Assembly (NCBI GenBank): GCA_048939995.1
Contig: JBHLOY010000014.1
Coordinates: forward strand, 1-57,479
Length of the DNA stretch: 57,479 bases
Origin: Promethearchaeota archaeon
Lineage (GTDB): Archaea; Asgardarchaeota; Lokiarchaeia; Sigyniarchaeales; SOKP01
Direction: 5' to 3'
Shown here: positions 49,979 through 57,479 of the stretch, piece by piece
Layout of the letters: each line of letters starts with the position of its first letter
How positions within the stretch are numbered: position 1 is the first letter of the stretch
Made by a program: the position numbers and the translations under genes
The notes under the pieces: generated by a model
What the model was told of the DNA's origin: nothing
Databases searched by the model: none
The model's input: only the letters and a program-made list of their open reading frames with translations

Positions 49979-50153
49979 TGATTTCCAATGGAGATTTTAT
50001 ATTAAAATATGATATTAGGAAAAAAGATTAAGTATAATATTAAAAAAGCCCCAGTAAATTATTTTTTAATTTAATATATATATTTTTATTAATACTTTAA
50101 CTTATTAATTTTAAGCTAAAATAAGAAACTGATTTCCATTCGAAAATAAGGAG
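49979..50153. other. Candidate replication origin: two ORB-like boxes flanking an AT-rich stretch
   Basis: CTCCATTGGAAAT (minus strand, 49993-49981) and TTCCATTCGAAAATAAGGAG (plus strand, 50134-50153) in a 247-bp spacer between convergent genes. Confidence 0.4.
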
Positions 50154-50185
50154 TTTGTCTTAAAAAAGGTAATTAAAAAATTCAA

Positions 50186-51991
50186 TTAATTTGGGATAAA
50201 ATAATATTCATCTATTCGCTTTTGATATTGGTCTTTTGCGCTACCCAATTTATTGACACGGGGTCTTTTTGTAGAAGAATCTCTACGAAAAGTAATTCCC
50301 ATTATTTTTAAAAATTTATTAAATCCGTCTCTCAGATTAAGTGGAACAAAAGCTTTTCCATTAATACCAGGAGTCCCTTCAAAAACTAAAATCGAATCAG
50401 CTATAAAATCTTGTGTTATTATATCGTGCTCTACCACAAAAGCAGCCTTCTTAATTTCTTCAATTGACTTTCTCAAAAGCTGAGCTACTTGTAATCTCAT
50501 TTCTACATCTAAAAATGCAGATGGTTCGTCAAAAAGATATAAATCAGCCTCATTAGTTAAACAATCAGCAATAGCCACTCTTTGTAGTTCTCCTCCACTT
50601 AGTTCTACTATTTTACGTTCGATTATATTTTCAAGATCTAAGGCATTTAAAATTCTTTTCTTATAGGATTGGCTAAAATAAGGGGATAATTTTATTTTTT
50701 TTACTAATTCAGAGACTAAATTGAGGCGATCAATCTTTATATATTGAGGTTTGACAGAGACATTAAATTTGAGATTACCATCTAAATTGTTTGGCTCAGA
50801 ATCAATCATTTCTATTATAGAATTTATAAATGTAGTTTTACCGATCCCGTTGGGTCCTAAGATCCCAATTATCTCTCCAGCATGTATTTCTGTTCCCATT
50901 ACTTTTAAGTGAAAATTCCCCAATTTTTTTTCGAAATCTTCATAATTAAAAATTACTTTACCTGTATCAAATGATGAATCTATTGGAGGTCTTTCGTGAA
51001 ATACAATTGGCTCTTCCCTGATTCTCAAGTTTTCATCTTTAATATATCCATTTAAATAGATGTTTATTCCTACTCTTACGCCTTGAGGGTGAGAAATAAT
51101 ACCATATACGCTAGGTTCACCATAGAACAATGAAATATAATCACTTAAATAATCCAAAATTGCCAGATCATGTTCAACTACTATTATGATTTTGTTTTCC
51201 TTTGCCAGAGATCTAATTATTTTAGCCATATTTATTCTCTCACTAACATCTAAATATGAACTTGGTTCGTCAATTAGATAAACATCCCCATTTTTTAGAT
51301 ATGCTGCAGCAATAGCGACTCTTTGTAGTTCACCTCCAGATAACACCTTAATCTCCCGATCCAATATTTCAGTAAGATTTAGGGCATCTGAAATCGAATC
51401 TAACTTATTATCTTCATCATTTTTACTTAAAAGATCAAAAACCCTGCCTGAAACAAATTTTGGAATAGCTGTTATATTTTGTGGCTTATGAACAATAGTT
51501 ATTTTTCCCTTTTTTAAATCAAGGAAGTATTGTTGCAGTTCTGATCCTTTAAAAAAATCAATAATTTCATCGTCGTTAGGCACTGATTCATCAAATCTTC
51601 CGAGATTAATAATTAAATCTCCTGACAGAATTTTTAACATAGTAGTTTTTCCTATACCATTTTGCCCAATTAACCCTAAAACTTTTCCCTTTTTAGGAAT
51701 AGCCATTCTAAAAAGAGAAAACTGGTCTGGCCCATATCGAAAAATTATTTGATTTTTTAAAGGGTCTGGTAAATTAACTATGCTAATTGCTTTAAAGGGG
51801 CACTTTTTAATACAGATTCCACAACCAGTGCATAAATTTTCTGTAATTTCAACAAATTTACCACTTGGATTTAATACAATTGTTTTATCACCTGTTCTTA
51901 CTCTCGGACAATATTTAATACATGGCTTTTCACCAAATGGACTACATTTATCAGGTTTACAACGATCTTTATTGAGAACCGCAATCCTAAT
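50186..51991 (-). CDS. rli: ABCE1/RLI ribosome-recycling ATPase; start ATT 51991 (or ATA 51994)
   Basis: Two ABC domains (GQNGIGKT, GPNGIGKT, LSGGELQR twice). The N-terminal FeS domain RIAVLNKDRC...CTGCGICIKKCPF lies upstream of ATG 51706. Confidence 0.96.
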   Translation of the reverse strand: MRIAVLNKDRCKPDKCSPFGEKPCIKYCPRVRTGDKTIVLNPSGKFVEITENLCTGCGICIKKCPFKAISIVNLPDPLKNQIIFRYGPDQFSLFRMAIPKKGKVLGLIGQNGIGKTTMLKILSGDLIINLGRFDESVPNDDEIIDFFKGSELQQYFLDLKKGKITIVHKPQNITAIPKFVSGRVFDLLSKNDEDNKLDSISDALNLTEILDREIKVLSGGELQRVAIAAAYLKNGDVYLIDEPSSYLDVSERINMAKIIRSLAKENKIIIVVEHDLAILDYLSDYISLFYGEPSVYGIISHPQGVRVGINIYLNGYIKDENLRIREEPIVFHERPPIDSSFDTGKVIFNYEDFEKKLGNFHLKVMGTEIHAGEIIGILGPNGIGKTTFINSIIEMIDSEPNNLDGNLKFNVSVKPQYIKIDRLNLVSELVKKIKLSPYFSQSYKKRILNALDLENIIERKIVELSGGELQRVAIADCLTNEADLYLFDEPSAFLDVEMRLQVAQLLRKSIEEIKKAAFVVEHDIITQDFIADSILVFEGTPGINGKAFVPLNLRDGFNKFLKIMGITFRRDSSTKRPRVNKLGSAKDQYQKRIDEYYFIPN

Positions 51992-52017
51992 TATGCTTCA
52001 CCACATCTTTAAATGAA

Positions 52018-52042
52018 AAATGATAAATAATTTTTATCATTT
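52018..52042. promoter_or_regulatory. Perfect 10-bp inverted repeat between divergent rli and lysS
   Basis: AAATGATAAA-N5-TTTATCATTT. Confidence 0.4.
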
Positions 52043-52078
52043 AATCAATCAAGAAAAGAGCTAAAAAAGGTAAGATTT

Positions 52079-53788
52079 ATGAGTGAAGATTTTTCTATTC
52101 ATTGGTTGGAAGAAACAATAGAGAAAATTTTAAAGAAAAATCCCGTTCTGATAACGTTATCCACTGGGAAAACGCCTTCTGGGCATATCCATATAGGCAT
52201 ATTAAGAGAAATAATAATTTGTGATGCTTTAAGGAGAATATTTCAAGAAAAGGGAAGAAACGTAAAGTTTTATCTATTTCTAGACGATTTTGATGCTGCT
52301 AAGCGTTTTCCTGATTACATTGACAAAGATTTCAGTGAAAAGCATTTGGGAAAACCATTTTTTTTAATACCATGTCCTTTTAAAGATTGTCATTGTGAAA
52401 GTTATGCATATCATTTTGGAAATGAATTAATTTCTACTTTTCCAGATTTTGGGGTTAATAATGAGATAATTTGGTCATTTAATTTGTATCAAAAAAAAGA
52501 AATGCAAGATAAAATAAAACTAGCTCTTATTCATGTAAACACTGTAAAAAAAATACTGAAAAAATATATTTTGCCGACCCTAAACGCAGAAAGAAGACAA
52601 GAGTTTTTAGAAATGCAGAAAAACTGGATGCCTGTGATGGTCTTATGCGAGACTTGTAATAAACTCCAAACTAGGAATATTGAAGGCTCAATAATCCCCA
52701 ATAGAGTATTAACCTATATTAAGGAGACGGATGAAGTCACATACGAATGCCCTGCATGTGGGCATAAAGGAAAAATATCTATTTATAGTGGCAAACTGAA
52801 ATTGAATTGGCGTGTTGATTGGCCAGCAAAGTGGGCAATTTTTAATACGACTTGTGAACCTGCAGGGAAGGATCATAGTGTGAAAGGAGGAGCTTATGAT
52901 ACGGGCTTAGAAATATGTAAAAAAGTATTTAATTATGATGGTCCTGTAAAACTCCCATATGAATGGCTTAGGTTAGGAGATCAAGACATGAAAACATCGA
53001 AGGGAATAGTACTTACACCAAATACATATTTAGAATTAGCAGATCCCGAAATCTACCGAATGTTGATATTGAGAACAAATCCAATGAAACATATATCACT
53101 AAGATTAGAAGAATTACCTCAATACCATGATTATTATGAACGAATGGAAGATGTATTTTATAATCATGATACAACAGAATCAGAGCAAGAATTAGAATTT
53201 TGTAAATATATTTATCCCTTAATCAAAATCGGAGAAGTCCCTGAAATTAAACCCGCAAGAGTTCCATTTAAATTCTTAACATACTTTACTCAACTCCAAA
53301 ATATTATAACAACTGAAAAAATTTATGAAAAAACACTCCAAGTTATAGGAGTTGAGGAAAAAGATTTGCCTTTTGAAGAATTTGAATTTCTATTGAAAAG
53401 GACTGAAAACTGGTTAAATGAAGTTAAGGAAATCCTAGATAAAATAGAAGACATAAAAAAGAGAAATTATCTATTAAACAAAATAGAAATTTTTTCTATA
53501 CCAGAGAAATTGGATAATAATATCATTAATAAATTAGATGATAATAAAGTAATGGGAATTAAAATTTTTAGAGATTTCATATCATCAAACCAAACTTTGG
53601 ACTCCAATAGTATTCAAAATAAAATATTTTCTATTGCTAAAGAAGAAATAAAAATCGCACCCAAAAAGATGTTTGAGGCAATTTACCTCACTATTCTTGG
53701 AAAAACTTCAGGGCCTCGTTTAGGCCCTTTTATTGCTATGTTAGATAGAGAATGGTTATTAAAAAGATTTAATCAAATTTTAAAATAA
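52079..53788 (+). CDS. lysS: Lysyl-tRNA synthetase, class I
   Basis: TPSGHIHIG, WRVDWPAKW, EPAGKDH, MKTSKG and GPRLG. Confidence 0.97.
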   Translation: MSEDFSIHWLEETIEKILKKNPVLITLSTGKTPSGHIHIGILREIIICDALRRIFQEKGRNVKFYLFLDDFDAAKRFPDYIDKDFSEKHLGKPFFLIPCPFKDCHCESYAYHFGNELISTFPDFGVNNEIIWSFNLYQKKEMQDKIKLALIHVNTVKKILKKYILPTLNAERRQEFLEMQKNWMPVMVLCETCNKLQTRNIEGSIIPNRVLTYIKETDEVTYECPACGHKGKISIYSGKLKLNWRVDWPAKWAIFNTTCEPAGKDHSVKGGAYDTGLEICKKVFNYDGPVKLPYEWLRLGDQDMKTSKGIVLTPNTYLELADPEIYRMLILRTNPMKHISLRLEELPQYHDYYERMEDVFYNHDTTESEQELEFCKYIYPLIKIGEVPEIKPARVPFKFLTYFTQLQNIITTEKIYEKTLQVIGVEEKDLPFEEFEFLLKRTENWLNEVKEILDKIEDIKKRNYLLNKIEIFSIPEKLDNNIINKLDDNKVMGIKIFRDFISSNQTLDSNSIQNKIFSIAKEEIKIAPKKMFEAIYLTILGKTSGPRLGPFIAMLDREWLLKRFNQILK

Positions 53789-53989
53789 CTATTGAGGTTG
53801 TTTTTCCTCTTTTTTTCTCTTTTTTTTCAAAAAGCTAAATAATTTTCTTTTTTTCTTTTCTTTCAATTTACTATAGCAATCTGAACAATAACTATAAGCT
53901 TCTTCAATTAATTGCCCACACTTCTTGCAATGTTTATGGGGATAGATATATTCCTCAGCTTGCTTCTTGTATCTTTCGAACTTGCTCAA
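53789..53989 (-). CDS. DUF2116-like Zn-ribbon protein
   Basis: PHKHCKKCG...YCSDC; SD AAGGAG followed by TTG. Confidence 0.75.
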   Translation of the reverse strand: MSKFERYKKQAEEYIYPHKHCKKCGQLIEEAYSYCSDCYSKLKEKKKRKLFSFLKKKRKKEEKQPQ

Positions 53990-54026
53990 ATTATATCTCC
54001 TTTACTTATTAATTTTACCAAATAAA

Positions 54027-55331
54027 TTATATTTTTTTCACTCCACAATTGGAGATTTTAATTTTAAAAAATTCAGCATTTCTTAAATCTTCTACTAATT
54101 TAGAATCAAATTTAGGAACTATAATTTTAAGTTGATTATCATCCGTGATTAATCTTTTCACCCTTTTTTCCCATTCTGATAACACTTCATCAATTCTATC
54201 TGGATTAGTTAGAGCAAATACTGAACCACCTCCTCCGGCACCTGTTAATTTTACAGCATAAACTGCTGGGTGGTCCTCAATAAGCTTTATCATAAGATTA
54301 TTAGTATATCCTATTCCATGCTCAAATCCAGCATATTTCATTAATTTGTTCATAATCTGATTATTTTGTTTAAAAAAATCTCCTAGTAATTTCCAATCAT
54401 GTCTCATTAAAGCAAATCTGGACTTCCAAGCGGTTTCTGCTAGCAATTTATATTTCTCAATAATCTCTCTATCATTCTCTAAATATAATTTTCTCAATTT
54501 CTTATGTACGTTTCCACTATCATGTAAAACTCCCGAATAAGCTACAATTAAAGGTAAATTATTAATACCATAAAGCTCATCAATCCTGTCATAAATTGCA
54601 AGAGGTTCAAATGAAATCTTTTTATGATATAATTTTCCTATATAACAACAAAAACCTAAGCCTCCCCTACAAATAGTATATCGATCTGAATACCCTGCTA
54701 CTATTTTTAAGTCTCTATCTTCTACTTTTGTTGCCATCTCGGCGATTATATCTTTATTAATTGGATATTCATGGTTCTTTATTGAAGCAAGATTACCATA
54801 TAATTTGAAATATTTAGCAAAAGCATAAAGGACTGCAATAATTATAGAAGCGCTCCCTCCTAAGCCGCTTTGGCGAGGTATTGTAGGAAGAATCCCGAGT
54901 TCAATATTTTCTTCTTTGAATTTCTTCCAGAAAGTGGCACTTGTCTTTGAAAATCTATAAATACTTCCGTAAATCAATTTTATATCATCTACCAAACTAT
55001 TCTTAAGTTTCATTCTATTTTTATTCAAAATATATTCAGAAACCTTAAAGTTGAACCTATCTCCTTCTTTTCTAATATCGTAAAACTTTACTCTGCTTTC
55101 ATTGCTTATTTCCTTTATATATACAAATGTTGATAATGGATTTTTGAAACCATATACTGCAACAGAAGGCATCCAAAAGTCACCCTCAACAGCATCTAAT
55201 GGATTTATTAGATTTATTCTTGATGGAGCTTGAACTGTGATAGCTGGATTTAATCTATTAATATACTTAATAACTTGATTTAGCAATTTACCCACTATGG
55301 AATAATTGATATTTAAGAGAAAATCTTCCAA
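54027..55331 (-). CDS. GHMP-family kinase (sugar kinase-like)
   Basis: APSRINL, PRQSGLGGSA and KLTGAGGGG. Confidence 0.88.
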   Translation of the reverse strand: MEDFLLNINYSIVGKLLNQVIKYINRLNPAITVQAPSRINLINPLDAVEGDFWMPSVAVYGFKNPLSTFVYIKEISNESRVKFYDIRKEGDRFNFKVSEYILNKNRMKLKNSLVDDIKLIYGSIYRFSKTSATFWKKFKEENIELGILPTIPRQSGLGGSASIIIAVLYAFAKYFKLYGNLASIKNHEYPINKDIIAEMATKVEDRDLKIVAGYSDRYTICRGGLGFCCYIGKLYHKKISFEPLAIYDRIDELYGINNLPLIVAYSGVLHDSGNVHKKLRKLYLENDREIIEKYKLLAETAWKSRFALMRHDWKLLGDFFKQNNQIMNKLMKYAGFEHGIGYTNNLMIKLIEDHPAVYAVKLTGAGGGGSVFALTNPDRIDEVLSEWEKRVKRLITDDNQLKIIVPKFDSKLVEDLRNAEFFKIKISNCGVKKI

Positions 55332-55398
55332 GTTAAAAATTTTATTCCCGTACTACAAAGATTTAAATTTCTTTGAAAATGTTTAAGTTTTTATAATT

Positions 55399-56535
55399 TT
55401 GCTAAAAAATGATTATGAAATGACCAAGAAAGGAAAATTCAAATTATTCTCATACTTAATTGAGGATAATTTGATATTCTATAAGAGTTTAAATCGAACT
55501 AAGAAATTATATGCTTTTTCTATTTTTAAGGTATCCAATTTTTATCAAGTAATACCTAAATTAAATGAATTTATGAAAAGAGGATATTTTTATTATTATG
55601 CTATACAAATTGATACTTCTAATCAAGAAACTTTTGCCCTTTTTTGTTTTGCCTCTAATGAGAAAACTAAACTCATAGAATTATTCAACTTAATCTATAA
55701 TAAATTGATTGATTCTGATAAATCAATTAAATTCTATAAAGAAAAGAAATTAGAAGAATTGTTTATAAAGCCAATTATAAAAAATTTAGACTTTAATATT
55801 AGGCTTTATAAGAAAGAAAAAGGAATCTTGATTAAAAACAATTTGAACCATAGGTTTTTAGAAGTCTATGAAATAATCTATAATTACGATATTACACCCC
55901 AAATTATTATTCAATTAGCAAATTTGATAAAAAATCTTAACCAAAAAGCCTATTTAATTTTAAATTTTAAAAACTTCAACCATGATATAATTTTAGATCC
56001 ATACCTTATCCGTAATATAGAAGGAGATATATTAGATCCAATAAACCTTGAAAAAGAAATAAATAATATCTTCGAGGTTAATTTAGTAAAGAAGTCAGAT
56101 GTAGCGCTATCTAATATTTATCGAATTCTGTGGAGATTAAATTTAACGGATAATCATACTCCATATAAATCTAATACGCAAGAAAAAACGCCTTTACTAA
56201 ACCTAAAAGCCTTAAATCTCCAAGAATTTAATTTTAATTTTGAAAAACTCCTAAAATCAAATCAAATTGAATTTCAACGTCTAAATCAATACTTAACTTT
56301 TATAAACCAAAAAATAATTTTAATTACCTTAGAAAAATTAAATTTTAAATTTATATTAAAGATATTTAAACGTTTTTTTTCCAAATACTTAATATATTTA
56401 TTGATTCTTGACGAAACCGAATATAAGAAGCTATTAAAGATTGATAAGATCAGTTTATTAAAAAACATAAAAATATGGAATTATAGGAATTTTGTTAATA
56501 TTAATATAAATGATTTCAGAGATGGTAAGATTTAA
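55399..56535 (+). CDS. Hypothetical protein
   Basis: 378-aa ORF; no family recognised. Confidence 0.65.
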   Translation: MLKNDYEMTKKGKFKLFSYLIEDNLIFYKSLNRTKKLYAFSIFKVSNFYQVIPKLNEFMKRGYFYYYAIQIDTSNQETFALFCFASNEKTKLIELFNLIYNKLIDSDKSIKFYKEKKLEELFIKPIIKNLDFNIRLYKKEKGILIKNNLNHRFLEVYEIIYNYDITPQIIIQLANLIKNLNQKAYLILNFKNFNHDIILDPYLIRNIEGDILDPINLEKEINNIFEVNLVKKSDVALSNIYRILWRLNLTDNHTPYKSNTQEKTPLLNLKALNLQEFNFNFEKLLKSNQIEFQRLNQYLTFINQKIILITLEKLNFKFILKIFKRFFSKYLIYLLILDETEYKKLLKIDKISLLKNIKIWNYRNFVNININDFRDGKI

Positions 56536-56795
56536 AAAATTCCTAATTCTATGGCTATATCTTGAGCAGAATAATTAGGGTGCAATTTGATAAAAGCTTT
56601 TTTTTCTCCTTTCGATGTTATTAAAGTATTTACACTTATGACCTTAACATTATGTATTTTCTCAAAAGCACTTTTTATTTGATTTTTATTAGAGGAATTG
56701 TCTACTATAAACACAAGCTTATTCTCTTGTTCAATTAAATCAAAAGTTTTTTCTGTAATTAATGGTTTTTTAATTATTTTATAAAAACTTTCCAT
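56532..56795 (-). CDS. rpl23: 50S ribosomal protein uL23
   Basis: PLITEK, NKLVFIV, VNTL and KKAFIKL. Confidence 0.97.
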   Translation of the reverse strand: MESFYKIIKKPLITEKTFDLIEQENKLVFIVDNSSNKNQIKSAFEKIHNVKVISVNTLITSKGEKKAFIKLHPNYSAQDIAIELGIF

Positions 56796-56796
56796 T

Positions 56797-57477
56797 TTAT
56801 ATTAACCTCTCAAATTTATTTAAATCATTAAAGGCAGATTGTGCCCATATGATTAATCTACCCGGTAAGCCTCCTGGAGCAAGGTGATCTATTGAAAGAT
56901 CTTCAATCTTCACAATATCAACGCCAGGAATATTTCTAGCAGCTTTTATAATCCCAAAATCCTCCTTAATCACTAATAAAATTCCTTTCTTCATTTTATA
57001 TTTTCTTGCTCTTCTTTTACCTTTACCTGCTCTAACCTTTTTAGATTTCTTTATTTTAATTAATTCTTCTCTTAAACCCAAATCAAATAGAGTAGAATAG
57101 ATATTAGAGGTTTTTTTGATTGTTTGAATTTTATCATCGACTACTAATGGTACTTCGGGAACATTCTCAATGATATATCCCCTTCTTTTAATCCAAATCG
57201 TATCAGCACTTGCGGAAATTGCCGAAATTATCGATAACTTTTTCGTTTTCTTATTTATCCTCTTTATTATTGTTTTCTCAGCTTTGATAGGGTGAGTTCT
57301 TCTCCCTCCTTTGGCAAAAGGAACTCTTCCAACATTACGCGCTGTGGGAAAACCTGATCCCTTAATTCTTGGAGCTCTAGAAAGAGCGTGGCCGGTACCC
57401 CAACTTTCAGAACTATTTCTTAATCCTGCTCTTTTATCTCTTCCTTGAACTTGTTTATTTTTGCTAGAGGAAACTTC
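56797..57477 (-). CDS. rpl4: 50S ribosomal protein uL4 (5'-truncated by window edge)
   Basis: Frame is open to the edge: SESWGTGH..SRAPRI, RAGKGKRR, ARNIPGVD and LAPGG.PGRL. Confidence 0.97.
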   Translation of the reverse strand, partial: EVSSSKNKQVQGRDKRAGLRNSSESWGTGHALSRAPRIKGSGFPTARNVGRVPFAKGGRRTHPIKAEKTIIKRINKKTKKLSIISAISASADTIWIKRRGYIIENVPEVPLVVDDKIQTIKKTSNIYSTLFDLGLREELIKIKKSKKVRAGKGKRRARKYKMKKGILLVIKEDFGIIKAARNIPGVDIVKIEDLSIDHLAPGGLPGRLIIWAQSAFNDLNKFERLI

Positions 57478-57479
57478 AC

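Noticed and set aside
51780-52016. 78-aa ORF on the + strand
   Set aside because: It is antisense to the ABCE1 FeS domain, which is the real coding frame.
72-56468. Remaining short ORF-track entries antisense to or nested in long genes (e.g. 72-260, 2433-2675, 18136-18697, 30588-31664, 45972-46658)
   Set aside because: They are shadows of well-supported genes and show no independent coding signal.

Overview
A 57.5-kb, very AT-rich archaeal chromosomal segment, most likely from an Asgard archaeon (Lokiarchaeia-like). This assignment is inferred from the archaeal information-processing genes (TFB, L15e, Rpp30/Pop5, class I LysRS, arcTGT, ABCE1) together with Roadblock, longin/uDENN-like and EMC6-like eukaryotic-signature proteins. 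Most of the window is housekeeping; I found no transposase, integrase or CRISPR array. Main highlights: (1) An unannotated 12-codon GC-rich peptide gene (MNPGLAGGPPRY, 26470-26508) has its own SD, hairpin and U-tract. It lies divergent from a 1204-aa multi-Lrp-like protein and upstream of an MFS transporter, making a candidate peptide-signalling or leader-peptide cassette. (2) A non-canonical smc-scpA-scpB operon encodes a 1482-aa SMC with no recognisable hinge or Zn-hook, a kleisin with an N-terminal HeH/Rho-N-like domain and an ScpB with a 147-bp tandem repeat. It is preceded by a degenerate Cdc6. (3) At least three conserved genes apparently have to start at ATT/ATA codons, and a fourth probably does. 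(4) A C/D box sRNA has a D guide that points exactly at the 23S P-loop G2251. (5) A tRNA-Ile(GAT) has a 30-nt hairpin insertion in its acceptor stem. (6) An AT-rich spacer flanked by ORB-like boxes is a candidate replication origin.
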